DNA from: Gammaproteobacteria bacterium
Lineage (GTDB): Bacteria > Pseudomonadota > Gammaproteobacteria > UBA4575
Reading direction: 5' to 3'
DNA length: 64,000 nt
Assembly (NCBI GenBank): GCA_965207475.1
Contig: OZ242278.1
Location: 74,748 to 138,747, forward strand
Part shown: positions 44,920 through 55,666 of the stretch, piece by piece
Position numbering within the stretch: position 1 is the stretch's first letter
Layout: each line of letters begins with the position of its first letter
Notes under the pieces: generated by a model
Seen by the model: only the letters and a program-made list of their open reading frames with translations
Databases searched by the model: none
Told to the model about the DNA's origin: nothing
Program-made: the position numbers and the translations under genes

Positions 44920-47900
44920 TCAGGCTGCTACTTTCTGTTGCAAGTTGCTGAGCAATCCTGCAATCGTTTCCAATCGTTTTTCGGCGCTGTCCATTTCAGA
45001 ATATACAGTAAGTTTTTCAGTGCTTCCCAGTTTATAGCTCGTTGGTTCATTCTGTATAAGTGCCAGCAATTTGCTCATGTCGATATTAGGCGATTTTGAA
45101 AAGAACAGGTGTGCATATTTGTTTCCTGCCTGAATCCGGGTAACATCGTACTGCTTGGCCGTCAGTTTCAATTGAGTAGCCCAAAAAAGATTTTTGGTGA
45201 ATTCTGGCAACAGTCCAAATCGATCTATCAGTTCCACTTCAATATCATCTAGGTCATCCATATTTTTGGCATTTGCTATACGCTTGTACAGCACAAGCCT
45301 CGTATGCACATCAGGCACATAATCTTCCGGCAGTAAGGCAGGCACTCCAAGATCCACTTCAGTACCGTGCTCAGGTGACAGGTCGGTGGATGGAATTTTT
45401 CCCGCCCTGAGGGCAGCAACAGTTCGTGCTAACAGTTGATTGTACAGGCTAAAGCCAATTTCATGGATTTGTCCGCTTTGTTCAGCACCAAGTAGTTCGC
45501 CGGCCCCCCTGATTTCCAAGTCATGGGTTGCCACGGTAAACCCTATACCTAGATCTTCCAGTGCTTCGATTGCTTCCAGACGCTTCAGGGCATCTTCGGT
45601 AATCAATGATTTAGGAGGTGTAATCAGATAGGCATAGGCCCGGTGATGTGATCTGCCAACCCTTCCACGGATTTGATGGAGTTGTGAAAGCCCGAGCTTG
45701 TCAGCACGGTTGATGATAATCGTGTTAGCGGACGGGATATCAATCCCATTCTCTATGATTGTTGTACACACGAGAAGACTGAATCGCTGGTGATAAAAAT
45801 CAAGCATGACTTGTTCAAGATTCCTTTCAGGCATCTGTCCATGCGCAATACCAATTTTGATGTCGGGCAGAAGCCGTTGTATGTCTTTGGCAGTTTTATC
45901 GATACTTCTTACTTCGTTGTGCAGAAAAAAGATTTGCCCGCCCCGCCTCAGTTCACGTATACAAGCCTCCTGTATCAGGTTTGGATTCCATGTGTTTATG
46001 AAGGTTTTTATGGAATGGCGGTGGTTGGGAGGGGTAGAAATGATGGATAAGTCCCGCAACCCGCTTAACGACATATTCAGAGTTCTTGGAATAGGAGTTG
46101 CAGTTAAAGTCAGCACATCCACACTGGAGCGCATTTTTTTCAGTGTTTCTTTCTGGCGAACTCCAAAACGCTGTTCCTCATCAACAATTATCAAACCCAA
46201 GTCCGAGAATTTCATATCTGAATTGAGCAACCTGTGTGTTCCGATGATAATATCGACACTCCCGCCCTTTAGGCCATGTTTGATTGCATCTTGACGCTTG
46301 GATGGAACAAATCGTGAAATCTGTTCAATTTGAATTGGCCAGTCGGCAAACCTTTCACTGAAGCTTTGATAGTGTTGGAGTGCAAGCAATGTAGTAGGTA
46401 CAAGCACTGCGACTTGTTTCCCTGCTGATGTCGCCACAAAGGCAGCCCGCATAGCGACTTCTGTCTTGCCAAATCCAACGTCTCCACATACCACACGGTC
46501 CATTGGTTTATTTGATGCCATATCAGCAATGACATCCTCTATGGCTGTTTGCTGATCGGGTGTTTCTTCATACGTGAAAGTTGATCCAAACAGGTTTAGT
46601 TCCTGGTGGTCAATGTTGTACTGATAGCCTTTTATGGCTTCACGTCTGGAATAGATGTCAAGAAGTTCAGCAGCAACATCATGCGTACATGAAACGGCAC
46701 GGCGTTTAATGTTTTTCCAGACTGCACCACCAAGGCGATGTAAAGGTGCGTTTTCTTGCGTAGCACCAGTGTAACGACTTACCAGATGCAGAGAAGATAC
46801 AGGAACGTACAATATGTCACTGTTAGCGTATTCGAGAACCAGAAATTCTGTTTCAGTGCCGCTAAGATTCAATGTCTTCAAACCACGGTATCGGCCGACA
46901 CCATGGTCTTCGTGTACGACAGGCGACCCTTCGTTGAGTTCTGCCAGATTTCGGATCAAGGCTTCCGCATCTCTGATCTGTCTTCTACGCCAGCGTTTTT
47001 GTTTGATTCGTGTCCCGAACAGATCGCTTTCAGTGATAATTGCAGTCCTGCAATCTGAAAGCACCAGGCCAAGATCAAGCGGACCTACTGAAATTGCCAG
47101 AGTTGAGTTTAGTTCTCTGAACTCCTGCCAATTGGCTATATCTGATGGGTGCAAATCAAAGCCTTTCAGCACGTCAAGCAGGTATTCTTTTCTGCCATGA
47201 GATTCGGCAAGAAAAAGAATTTTGCATTCACTATTCTCAATGAATTGCCTGAGTTCTGCTGCCGGGTCGGTTACACGTGAATTAATGAAGAGGGCGGGCA
47301 GAGGACTCGCGCCAAGGTTAAACTGGTTACGGCTGGGACGTTCCAGTTCATATAGCTGTAACCGTATTGTGCTGAGACTACTCAGACTTTCCTCAAGCTC
47401 TCTGACAGAGACCCACAACAGTTCCGGGCGCAGGGGCGGCCGCATGTGATCATTTTTTCGTTGCGTGTACCTTGAAAACGCTTCATTTTCAAAGTTTCTG
47501 GCTATTTGAAAAATGTCTTCAATCAAAACCAGCTGGAACTTGTTTGGGAGGAAGTCAAGCAAAGTGCTGGTTTTTTTGCAAAACAGCGGCATGTAATTTT
47601 CAATTCCACGGGGCAGGCTGCAATTGCTGACATCCCGATAAATGCAGCTATTGTTCGGGTCACCTTCAAACTCAATCCTGTAATTTTGTCGGAACATCTT
47701 TATCGCGCATTCATCGGTTGGAAATTCTTTTGCAGGTAAGACTCGAATTTCTCGAGTCGTGCTGCTGGAAATCTGGTTTTCAGGGTTAAAGGTACGAATC
47801 GAGTCAATTTCGTTATGGAATAAATCAATTCTATATGGATGGCTGCAGCCCATAGGGTACAAGTCAACTATTGAACCACGTACAGCAAATTGACCATGCA

Positions 47901-48375
47901 ATGTGACTTGCGAGACGTATTGATAGCCCGAGCTCACAAGAGTTTCCTTGAACCAGCTCAAGTCGAGTTGACTGCCTGTCGACAGGTCCAGGGTTTGATT
48001 GGCGATAAAAGATTTCGACGCAAGCCGTGTCATGAAAGTGGTTACCGGGACGATTAATACAAAACAGTTGGTATCCAGCAGTGACCTCAAGGCGTGTAGT
48101 CGGTCAGAGATGATATCTTCATGGGGTGAAAATTCATCGTACGGGAGTGTTTCGTAATCCGGAAACAAAAGGATTTTTTTGGACGGCTTGCAAAAGAATT
48201 TCAGCTCGTTTTCCAGTTGTTGTGCAACCTGAATACCTGGAGTGATAATCAGGGTTGGACCAGAAAATTTTTCCACTGCACTAGCCAGGAAAAGACTTTT
48301 GCTGCAACCATAGGCTTGCCCCCAGGTGACTTGGGGATTGCTCTCGCTGGGAAGATTGGGCTGAAAAAATTTCAT
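44920..48375 (-). CDS. mfd: Transcription-repair coupling factor
   Basis: 1151 aa. SF2 helicase motifs 'CGDVGFGKTEVAMRAAF', 'IIVDEEQRFG' and 'LHQIRGRVGRS'. Confidence 0.95.
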   Translation of the reverse strand: MKFFQPNLPSESNPQVTWGQAYGCSKSLFLASAVEKFSGPTLIITPGIQVAQQLENELKFFCKPSKKILLFPDYETLPYDEFSPHEDIISDRLHALRSLLDTNCFVLIVPVTTFMTRLASKSFIANQTLDLSTGSQLDLSWFKETLVSSGYQYVSQVTLHGQFAVRGSIVDLYPMGCSHPYRIDLFHNEIDSIRTFNPENQISSSTTREIRVLPAKEFPTDECAIKMFRQNYRIEFEGDPNNSCIYRDVSNCSLPRGIENYMPLFCKKTSTLLDFLPNKFQLVLIEDIFQIARNFENEAFSRYTQRKNDHMRPPLRPELLWVSVRELEESLSSLSTIRLQLYELERPSRNQFNLGASPLPALFINSRVTDPAAELRQFIENSECKILFLAESHGRKEYLLDVLKGFDLHPSDIANWQEFRELNSTLAISVGPLDLGLVLSDCRTAIITESDLFGTRIKQKRWRRRQIRDAEALIRNLAELNEGSPVVHEDHGVGRYRGLKTLNLSGTETEFLVLEYANSDILYVPVSSLHLVSRYTGATQENAPLHRLGGAVWKNIKRRAVSCTHDVAAELLDIYSRREAIKGYQYNIDHQELNLFGSTFTYEETPDQQTAIEDVIADMASNKPMDRVVCGDVGFGKTEVAMRAAFVATSAGKQVAVLVPTTLLALQHYQSFSERFADWPIQIEQISRFVPSKRQDAIKHGLKGGSVDIIIGTHRLLNSDMKFSDLGLIIVDEEQRFGVRQKETLKKMRSSVDVLTLTATPIPRTLNMSLSGLRDLSIISTPPNHRHSIKTFINTWNPNLIQEACIRELRRGGQIFFLHNEVRSIDKTAKDIQRLLPDIKIGIAHGQMPERNLEQVMLDFYHQRFSLLVCTTIIENGIDIPSANTIIINRADKLGLSQLHQIRGRVGRSHHRAYAYLITPPKSLITEDALKRLEAIEALEDLGIGFTVATHDLEIRGAGELLGAEQSGQIHEIGFSLYNQLLARTVAALRAGKIPSTDLSPEHGTEVDLGVPALLPEDYVPDVHTRLVLYKRIANAKNMDDLDDIEVELIDRFGLLPEFTKNLFWATQLKLTAKQYDVTRIQAGNKYAHLFFSKSPNIDMSKLLALIQNEPTSYKLGSTEKLTVYSEMDSAEKRLETIAGLLSNLQQKVAA

Positions 48376-48637
48376 AAACGACAGCTGCTATGAATGGATT
48401 TCAAGAAGTCTTGGCCTGCATCATGAGTTGCTAGAGACTATCATATAGCAGATACCGCGATTTACCATGTAGTTACCTTTTCCGAAATCAGGATACGCCG
48501 AGGCAGAGTGAACGTATTGTCTGAAGAATTTCGTTCGTTGTATTTGGAATGCTGCATGTTAAGATTTCATTTCAATAAATGAATTACTCTCCTGAGCCTT
48601 ATTTTACCTAATCGAACCCAAAGAGAAGCGCACTCAG

Positions 48638-49258
48638 GTGACAAGCATGCTTAAAGCACATAGCTTGAAATGTGTCAGAGGTGACACGGAACTCTTTTCC
48701 AACTTAGAGTTCTCAGTCAAATCGGGAGAAGCTTTGGTAGTTAAAGGCGACAATGGGAGCGGCAAGACAAGTCTATTAAGGATATTGTGCGGATTCAGTC
48801 ATCCGGTTGAGGGTGATGTTACCTGGTGTGATGAATCCATATTTCGGCACGATAGTTTCAGGCAGCAGATCTCGTATGTCGGGCACCAGTCAGGTGTAAA
48901 AATGGACCTTACTGTACTTGAGAATCTATCGTTTATGCAGCGTCTGGCAGGTGAGGGTGGTGATGCGTCAAAGCTGAAAGAGCTTGCACGATATGTGGGC
49001 CTGTTCAAGCAGAGAAATGTTCTGACCAGAAAGCTTTCTGCTGGACAGGTTCGCCGTGTGGCCCTGGCAAAACTGTTGCTGGAACAAAGATCAATCTGGG
49101 TTTTAGATGAACCTCTTACTGCATTGGACAAGGAATTTATTCTCAAGTTTGAACTGGATTTGAAAAATCATTTGGATAAACTGGGATTGCTCGTTGTTAC
49201 TACACATCGAGAGTTAAAGCTTCCGGAATTCCGAGTCAAGCAGATTACCCTCTCATAA
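48638..49258 (+). CDS. ccmA: Cytochrome c biogenesis heme exporter ATP-binding protein CcmA
   Basis: Walker A 'GDNGSGKTSLLR', signature 'LSAGQVRRVALA', Walker B 'WVLDEP'. The start may be ATG 48647. Confidence 0.9.
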   Translation: MTSMLKAHSLKCVRGDTELFSNLEFSVKSGEALVVKGDNGSGKTSLLRILCGFSHPVEGDVTWCDESIFRHDSFRQQISYVGHQSGVKMDLTVLENLSFMQRLAGEGGDASKLKELARYVGLFKQRNVLTRKLSAGQVRRVALAKLLLEQRSIWVLDEPLTALDKEFILKFELDLKNHLDKLGLLVVTTHRELKLPEFRVKQITLS

Positions 49259-49261
49259 ATT

Positions 49262-49930
49262 GTGCTTAATGTACTCCTGACTGTCATACATCGCGACTTG
49301 CTGGTGGCATTTCGGCGTCGTGCTGAATTGATGAACCCGGTGCTGTTCTATGCAATTGTGGTAACTCTTTTCCCACTCGGTGTAAGTCCGGATGTTAGTT
49401 TTCTAAGCAAGTTGGCACCTGGTGTGGTATGGGTTACAGCTTTACTTGCTGCCCTGATTTCCGTAGAAAGAATCTTCAAGCAAGATTTTGAAGATGGCAG
49501 TATTGAGCAGCTGTTTTTAAGCCCATACCCAGTCTCGCTGCTAATCTTCGGTAAAGTGGTTGCACACTGGATAATAACGGGTGTGCCTATGCTGGGAATT
49601 GTACCTATTATGGCCATGTTCCTGCATATACCTGGACAGGTTCTTCCTGTATTGTGGATTTCGGTTCTGATTGGCACCCCTATACTGAGCCTGGTTGGCG
49701 CTATTGGTGCAGCGCTCACGGTAGGTTTGGGAGGTGGTGGCATGTTAATTGGCCTGCTTGTATTGCCACTTTATATTCCAGTGTTGATATTCGCATCGTC
49801 CGCAGTGAGTGCTGCAATGGATGGGCAAGCGGTTTCAGGCCAGCTAGCTATGCTGGGTGCAGGTTTGATTCTAGCCCTAATTTTGGCTCCTTTGGCAATC
49901 AGTGCCTCACTGAAGGTGAGTATGGATTGA
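49262..49930 (+). CDS. ccmB: Heme exporter protein CcmB
   Basis: 222-aa polytopic membrane protein following ccmA. 'FKQDFEDGSIEQL' is typical of CcmB. GTG start. Confidence 0.9.
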   Translation: MLNVLLTVIHRDLLVAFRRRAELMNPVLFYAIVVTLFPLGVSPDVSFLSKLAPGVVWVTALLAALISVERIFKQDFEDGSIEQLFLSPYPVSLLIFGKVVAHWIITGVPMLGIVPIMAMFLHIPGQVLPVLWISVLIGTPILSLVGAIGAALTVGLGGGGMLIGLLVLPLYIPVLIFASSAVSAAMDGQAVSGQLAMLGAGLILALILAPLAISASLKVSMD

Positions 49931-50674
49931 ATGATGTGGAAATTCCTGCATAGATTATCTTCATTAAAATATTTTTACGAGTGGTCCGGAAAATGGATTC
50001 CTTGGCTTACAGGTTTGACCATCGTGCTGATGGTTGCAGGACTCTACTGGGGATTATTCATTGCACCTGCAGATTATCAGCAAGGCGAGACCTACAGGAT
50101 AATATTTGTTCACGTGCCTGCGGCTTGGATGTCGATGTTTGTGTACGTCATTATGGCAATAGCCGGATTTACAGCATTGATCTGGCGGACCAAGGTTTCT
50201 GAAATTGTAGTGTCTGAATGCGCAGTCATCGGTGCAATGTTTACAGCACTTGCACTGATTACGGGTATGCTGTGGGGAAAGCCGACCTGGGGCACTTACT
50301 GGCAGTGGGATGCGAGGCTTACTTCCGAACTGATATTGCTGTTTTTATACTTAGGGGTTGTTGCCATTCACTCGGCAATTGAAGATTCCCGAACCGCGTC
50401 TAGACTATCAGGTATCTTGGCTGTCATAGGCGTGATTAATATACCTATCATTCACTTTTCAGTAACGTGGTGGAATTCTCTGCACCAACCGAATATGCAG
50501 CTTGTTTCAGCATCTCCATCGGTTCATCCAAGTATGCTGTATCCTCTGTTGGTTATGGCTGCAGCATTTCAGGCCTATTTTATAGTACTGTTGATCATTC
50601 GCATGCGAAATCAAATTTTGTACCGTGAGAGAAGGACGAACTGGGTGAAACAGCTATTAGTGGAAGTAAACTAG
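49931..50674 (+). CDS. ccmC: Heme exporter protein CcmC
   Basis: 247 aa with the Trp-rich motif 'WGKPTWGTYWQWDARLTS'. Confidence 0.92.
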   Translation: MMWKFLHRLSSLKYFYEWSGKWIPWLTGLTIVLMVAGLYWGLFIAPADYQQGETYRIIFVHVPAAWMSMFVYVIMAIAGFTALIWRTKVSEIVVSECAVIGAMFTALALITGMLWGKPTWGTYWQWDARLTSELILLFLYLGVVAIHSAIEDSRTASRLSGILAVIGVINIPIIHFSVTWWNSLHQPNMQLVSASPSVHPSMLYPLLVMAAAFQAYFIVLLIIRMRNQILYRERRTNWVKQLLVEVN

Positions 50675-50823
50675 TGCAGGAAATAACTTACCTGGAGGGA
50701 AGGGCTTTGTTTGTATGGGGTGCATACGGTATTACTGTAGTTGTTCTCGTGTTGAGCATAGTCTTTACCAGCCTGCGCAAAAATAAAATCCTCAAGGAAA
50801 TAAAACAAGCTCTTGAACAGTAG
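50674..50823 (+). CDS. ccmD: Heme exporter protein CcmD (small single-TM protein)
   Basis: Not in the ORF track because it is under 60 aa. GTG 50674 overlaps the ccmC stop by 1 nt. Translates to VQEITYLEGRALFVWGAYGITVVVLVLSIVFTSLRKNKILKEIKQALEQ. Sits between ccmC and ccmE. Confidence 0.75.
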   Translation: MQEITYLEGRALFVWGAYGITVVVLVLSIVFTSLRKNKILKEIKQALEQ

Positions 50824-50829
50824 TATTCA

Positions 50830-51282
50830 ATGCGTGCCAAAAGAAAACAACGTCTAATTTTCGTGATCGTACTACTTGTAGGGTTCAGTGTCGCTGTGGC
50901 ACTGTCTTTGTATGCCATGCGTCAAAATATCATGTTATTCCATACGCCTTCTCAGGTAATTTCGGGCGAGGTGCCGGAAAACAGGCTATTCAGGGTTGGT
51001 GGCATCGTTGTTTCGGGTAGTGTGATAAAGGCTGAGGATGGGCTGACAACAGAATTTGGTCTAACTGATCTGAATCATTCCATTACAGTGCGTCATACGG
51101 GGTTGCTGCCTGACCTGTTCAGGGAAGGTCAGGGTATTGTTGCGCAAGGATCATTGAATGAAGGAGGTATTTTTGTTGCTCAGGAGGTCTTGGCGAAGCA
51201 CGATGAAAACTATATGCCCCCAGAAGTCGCAGCCAGCCTGAATAAGCAGGGTACTTTTCGTCCAAATCAACCTCAAGGATGA
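50830..51282 (+). CDS. ccmE: Cytochrome c-type biogenesis heme chaperone CcmE
   Basis: 150 aa. An N-terminal TM anchor and 'VLAKHDENYMPPEV' containing the heme-binding His. Confidence 0.92.
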   Translation: MRAKRKQRLIFVIVLLVGFSVAVALSLYAMRQNIMLFHTPSQVISGEVPENRLFRVGGIVVSGSVIKAEDGLTTEFGLTDLNHSITVRHTGLLPDLFREGQGIVAQGSLNEGGIFVAQEVLAKHDENYMPPEVAASLNKQGTFRPNQPQG

Positions 51283-53297
51283 TGAAAATTGCGATGATCC
51301 CAGAAGTTGGAAACTTTGCGCTGATAATTGCGCTTTGCCTGGCACTTGTACAGGGCATCGTTCCGATACTGGGTGCACAAACCCGCACTTTCCAATGGAT
51401 AGCCATTGCAAAACCTGCAGCACGCGCACAGCTTCTTTTTATCCTAATTTCCTATATCTGTTTGACATACAGCTTTATCACTAATGATTTTTCCGTGTTG
51501 TATGTCGCAAACAACTCCAATTCTGCCTTGCCAATCTATTACAAGTTTTCAGCAGTTTGGGGGGCACACGAAGGGTCGTTGCTGCTTTGGGTGCTCATGC
51601 TAGGCATCTGGACATTTGCAGTAACAATTTTTTGTCGCAGCCTGCCGAATGATATGGTTGCTCGTGTTTTGGGGGTTATGGGTTTGGTAAGTTCTGGTTT
51701 CCTCCTTTTCATGCTTCTCACTTCAAATCCGTTCGAGCGAATTTTTCCATCTCCCATGGAAGGTCAGGACTTGAACCCATTGCTGCAAGACCCAGGCCTC
51801 GTGATTCACCCGCCGATGCTATACATGGGATATGTTGGATTTTCGGTTGCTTTTTCATTTGCTATTGCAGCTTTGTTGGGGGGTAAGCTGGATTCTATTT
51901 GGGCAAGATGGTCAAGGCCTTGGGCAATCTTTGCATGGGTGTTTCTCACCATAGGCATAACACTTGGAAGTTGGTGGGCCTATCACGAACTTGGCTGGGG
52001 AGGCTGGTGGTTCTGGGACCCTGTTGAAAATGCATCATTCATGCCTTGGCTGGTAGGTACAGCACTTGTTCATTCATTAGCCGTCACTGACAAAAGGTCG
52101 AGCTTTAAAAGCTGGACCGTATTGCTGTCAATACTTACATTTTCACTATGTCTACTGGGTGCCTTCTTGGTGCGTTCAGGTGTCCTGGTGTCTGTTCACG
52201 CGTTTGCCAATGATCCAGCCCGTGGTCTGTATATTCTTGTATTTCTGGCAGTAGTCATTGGTGGGTCATTGCTGCTTTATGCGATTCGCACACCACACAT
52301 AAAGTCTTCGGGGCAATTTGATATCTTTTCTCGTGAGACCGCCTTGCTGGTTAACAATGTCTTACTACTGGTTGCTATGTTGACAATTCTTGTTGGAACC
52401 CTTTATCCATTGTTTGTCAGCGCCTTTGACTTGCCATCATTATCCGTTGGAAAGCCATATTTTGATTTTGTATTTTCTGTGTTGACTTTGCCGCTTGTAC
52501 TGGTCGTTGGCATAGGACCATTCATGCGTTGGAAGAGGGCGGTGATGAGCAAGGTATTAATCAGGTTGATCAAAGTGGCAGTTGCCGGGATAGTCATTGG
52601 TATCGCTTTACCTTTTATTGTTGCTGGCAAAACCTCGATTCTGGTATCACTAGGCGTGGCACTGGGTGGATGGTCTATTTCATCTGCAGTGTATTACCTG
52701 TTTAAAAATGCAATCAGCTCCGGATTTGGCATACGTGGATTTCGCCGAATCGTGAAAATTCCTCAAGCAACGTGGGGAATGTCGATTGCACATTGCGGTA
52801 TAGGTATTTTTGTTCTTGGCGTGACGTTTGTGAGTGCATTCGAGCAAGTGAGGGAATTACCAATGCAAGTTGGCCAGAAAACTGAAATGGCAGGATACGA
52901 ATTTCAATTTGAAGGAATCGAGAATGTTAGGGGTCCAAACTACGCTTCAAAACAAGCCTCTGTGCGTGTATCTAGGGAGGGTAGATTGGTAGCTACACTT
53001 TTCCCTGAAAAGCGCACATATCTTGTCCAGCAAAACCCGATGACAGAGGCAGGAATTGATTCTGGATTTTTACGTGATGTATATGTCGCGTTGGGTGAGC
53101 AGGTTGATGAAAAAACATGGGGAATGCGGCTGTACTACAAACCCTTTGTACAATGGATATGGCTTGGTGCCATGCTTATGGCTACCGGTGGAATTTTGGC
53201 TGCACTGGATCGTCGTTACCGAATCCGGTTCAAACGTGGAGGAGGGCAGCATGTAAAGGAGAAAATGTACGGCAAGCGCTTTGCGATTCCTTCATGA
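51279..53297 (+). CDS. ccmF: Cytochrome c-type biogenesis heme lyase subunit CcmF
   Basis: 672 aa. 'GWGGWWFWDPVENASFMPWL' is the WWD motif. Start overlaps the ccmE stop. Confidence 0.95.
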   Translation: MMKIAMIPEVGNFALIIALCLALVQGIVPILGAQTRTFQWIAIAKPAARAQLLFILISYICLTYSFITNDFSVLYVANNSNSALPIYYKFSAVWGAHEGSLLLWVLMLGIWTFAVTIFCRSLPNDMVARVLGVMGLVSSGFLLFMLLTSNPFERIFPSPMEGQDLNPLLQDPGLVIHPPMLYMGYVGFSVAFSFAIAALLGGKLDSIWARWSRPWAIFAWVFLTIGITLGSWWAYHELGWGGWWFWDPVENASFMPWLVGTALVHSLAVTDKRSSFKSWTVLLSILTFSLCLLGAFLVRSGVLVSVHAFANDPARGLYILVFLAVVIGGSLLLYAIRTPHIKSSGQFDIFSRETALLVNNVLLLVAMLTILVGTLYPLFVSAFDLPSLSVGKPYFDFVFSVLTLPLVLVVGIGPFMRWKRAVMSKVLIRLIKVAVAGIVIGIALPFIVAGKTSILVSLGVALGGWSISSAVYYLFKNAISSGFGIRGFRRIVKIPQATWGMSIAHCGIGIFVLGVTFVSAFEQVRELPMQVGQKTEMAGYEFQFEGIENVRGPNYASKQASVRVSREGRLVATLFPEKRTYLVQQNPMTEAGIDSGFLRDVYVALGEQVDEKTWGMRLYYKPFVQWIWLGAMLMATGGILAALDRRYRIRFKRGGGQHVKEKMYGKRFAIPS

Positions 53298-53303
53298 TTT
53301 CCC

Positions 53304-53837
53304 ATGTTCAAGTACTTCATTCCAGTTATTGTTTTTTTCGTTTTAGCCGGATTTTTGGTGACCGGATTATTTAAAGATCCTACTGCAGTTTCGTCTCCCC
53401 TGATTGGGAAACCAGTGCCTCAATTTACTTTGCCAAAACTCTGGGATAATGAAATCGAATTTTCGGAATCGGAGTTTGCAGGAAAGGTATCCTTATTCAA
53501 TGTTTGGGCGACATGGTGTCTGGCTTGTCGCCAAGAGCATCCTCTGCTCGTTAAACTGTCTGATTCAAAGGTGGTGACAGTGTACGGTTTGAATTACAAG
53601 GATGAAATCTCTGAAGCAAGGCGTTATTTGGTAGAACATGGTGATCCCTTTGAAGCTAGTGCTGTGGACGCAACTGGCCGGGTAGGTATTGACTGGGGTG
53701 TATATGGTGTACCCGAGACATTCATCATAGATAAGCAGGGAGTGATTCGTCATAAGCATATCGGGGTTATCACCCAAGATGATGTACAACTGACTTTGCT
53801 GCCCTTGATTCGGCAATTGCATAACGAGAGCATGTGA
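53304..53837 (+). CDS. ccmG: Thiol:disulfide oxidoreductase CcmG/DsbE
   Basis: 177 aa. Thioredoxin motif 'WATWCLACRQEHP' and 'GVYGVPETFIID'. Confidence 0.92.
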   Translation: MFKYFIPVIVFFVLAGFLVTGLFKDPTAVSSPLIGKPVPQFTLPKLWDNEIEFSESEFAGKVSLFNVWATWCLACRQEHPLLVKLSDSKVVTVYGLNYKDEISEARRYLVEHGDPFEASAVDATGRVGIDWGVYGVPETFIIDKQGVIRHKHIGVITQDDVQLTLLPLIRQLHNESM

Positions 53838-53838
53838 G

Positions 53839-54294
53839 ATGAATCGAGCCTGTATCATTGTTCTCGGATTCGGATTATTGATTTGTATAACCGTTTCAGC
53901 AAAGCCATTGACTGCTGTATCAGACTTTGAAGACCGTTATCACTCTATTCTGAACGAGTTGCGCTGCCTGGTTTGTCAAAACCAGACGATTGCAGAATCC
54001 AACGCAGATTTGGCTAAGGACCTGCGGGCTGAAGTCAAGAAAATGCTACTTGAAGGTGCTACAGATTCCGAGATTATTGATTTCATGGCAAGCAGATATG
54101 GCGATTTTGTGTTGTATAGACCTCCTTTAAAACCCAGAACTCTACTGCTCTGGTTTGGCCCATTTGTCTTTCTGGGCATTGCGCTTCTGGTTTTGGCGCT
54201 AGTCTTGAGAAGCCAGCGAAGCGTGGGCAGCATGCCTCTTACAGAAGAAGAGAAGATGCAAGTCAATGCTATCCTCGACAAGTCTGAAGATTAA
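53839..54294 (+). CDS. ccmH: Cytochrome c-type biogenesis protein CcmH
   Basis: 151 aa. 'LRCLVCQNQTIAESNADLA' contains the LRCxxC motif. Confidence 0.9.
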   Translation: MNRACIIVLGFGLLICITVSAKPLTAVSDFEDRYHSILNELRCLVCQNQTIAESNADLAKDLRAEVKKMLLEGATDSEIIDFMASRYGDFVLYRPPLKPRTLLLWFGPFVFLGIALLVLALVLRSQRSVGSMPLTEEEKMQVNAILDKSED

Positions 54295-54300
54295 ATTCTC

Positions 54301-55548
54301 ATGCTGGTTTTCTGGTTGATTTGTTCGCTGTTGCTTGCAGCTGCCCTGTTACTTATTTTACCACCGCTGTTGGGGAAAAGTTCTAAACGGGAAATCAGTC
54401 ATCAGTCTGTGAACAAGGCAGTTTTTGAAAGGAAGCTTGTAGAACTGGAGGAAGATTTCGAACGTGGACTCATTGATGCCGAGCAGCTAGAAGCTGCTCG
54501 TACAGACTTGCAGCGTGCGCTGATTGATGATCTTGAATACTCCAACGAGCCTCTAGAGAAAGGCAGCGGCAGATTGTTGCCTGTGCTGATCCTGATTGCT
54601 GTCCCAGCATTGTCTGTATTTTTATACCTTAAGATCAGCAATGGCTTGGTTTTGCTGTCAGATGATTCGCGGTCGATGCCCGTTCAACAAGGGGACATGT
54701 CATCCACACAGCAGGCGATTATGAATCTAGAACGAAAGCTGCAAGCTGATCCTGCGAATCTTGAGGGCTGGCTCATGTTGGGTAGGTCCTTCATGGCATT
54801 GGGGAGGTCAGGTCAAGCCGTATCAGCATTTGAGCGGGCATACGAATTGTCAAACGGTACCGATCCAGATGTAATGGTTGCTTATGCCGAGGCGCAAGTA
54901 TTTGCTTCAGGACACCAATTCAGCAGAGAAGTTATGACTCTGTTCACCCAGGCTTTAAAAGTTGATCCTGGACATGAACGTGCTTTGTGGTTTGCAGGAT
55001 ATGCTGCATATCAGCTTCATGACTATGAAAGTGCTTTGACGCACTGGGATAAACTGCTGCAACAAATACCGAGTGGCCAAGAAGAGGCACGTGCCGCTTT
55101 GCTTGTGTATCTAAATGATGCAAAACAAAAAGCCATGACACAAATTAGCGCTGCACAGGGTGTTGAGCAGGAGTTGTATCCGAATAAGGAAGCAAGAGGA
55201 AATGCTTCCATAGTCATACAAGTATCGATCAATGAATCTTTACAGGAATATGTGCAAAAATCCGATACGCTTTTCGTTTATGCCCGGGCAGTAAATGGGC
55301 CCCAAATGCCATTAGCGTTAGTCAAGATGACTGCTGCAAGTTTGCCTGCAACCGTTACTCTGGATGATTCCATGGCAATGATACCAGGCATGACTTTGTC
55401 TGGTGTCGAGCAGGTGGAGGTAATAGCTAGAATCTCGAAGTCCGGGAAAGCAATTATGCAGACTGGTGACCTGTATGGTAGTGCAGGGGCGGTTAATACC
55501 CAAAGTACAACACCCGTGACCGTATTGATCAGTACGATTGCACCTTGA
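54301..55548 (+). CDS. ccmI: Cytochrome c-type biogenesis protein CcmI (TPR-containing)
   Basis: 415 aa. Two N-terminal TM helices followed by TPR-like repeats ('GWLMLGRSFMALGRSGQAVSAFERA'). Last gene of the ccm operon. Confidence 0.8.
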   Translation: MLVFWLICSLLLAAALLLILPPLLGKSSKREISHQSVNKAVFERKLVELEEDFERGLIDAEQLEAARTDLQRALIDDLEYSNEPLEKGSGRLLPVLILIAVPALSVFLYLKISNGLVLLSDDSRSMPVQQGDMSSTQQAIMNLERKLQADPANLEGWLMLGRSFMALGRSGQAVSAFERAYELSNGTDPDVMVAYAEAQVFASGHQFSREVMTLFTQALKVDPGHERALWFAGYAAYQLHDYESALTHWDKLLQQIPSGQEEARAALLVYLNDAKQKAMTQISAAQGVEQELYPNKEARGNASIVIQVSINESLQEYVQKSDTLFVYARAVNGPQMPLALVKMTAASLPATVTLDDSMAMIPGMTLSGVEQVEVIARISKSGKAIMQTGDLYGSAGAVNTQSTTPVTVLISTIAP

Positions 55549-55666
55549 ATTTCTTGCATCAGAGTAGCCGCATGTAGTTTGGCACTATCAAACAAAGCAA
55601 TTGTGGAACACGTTATTCAAATTAACAGTCAGATCATGCAATTTGTAACGGACAGGCGGTCCTGCC

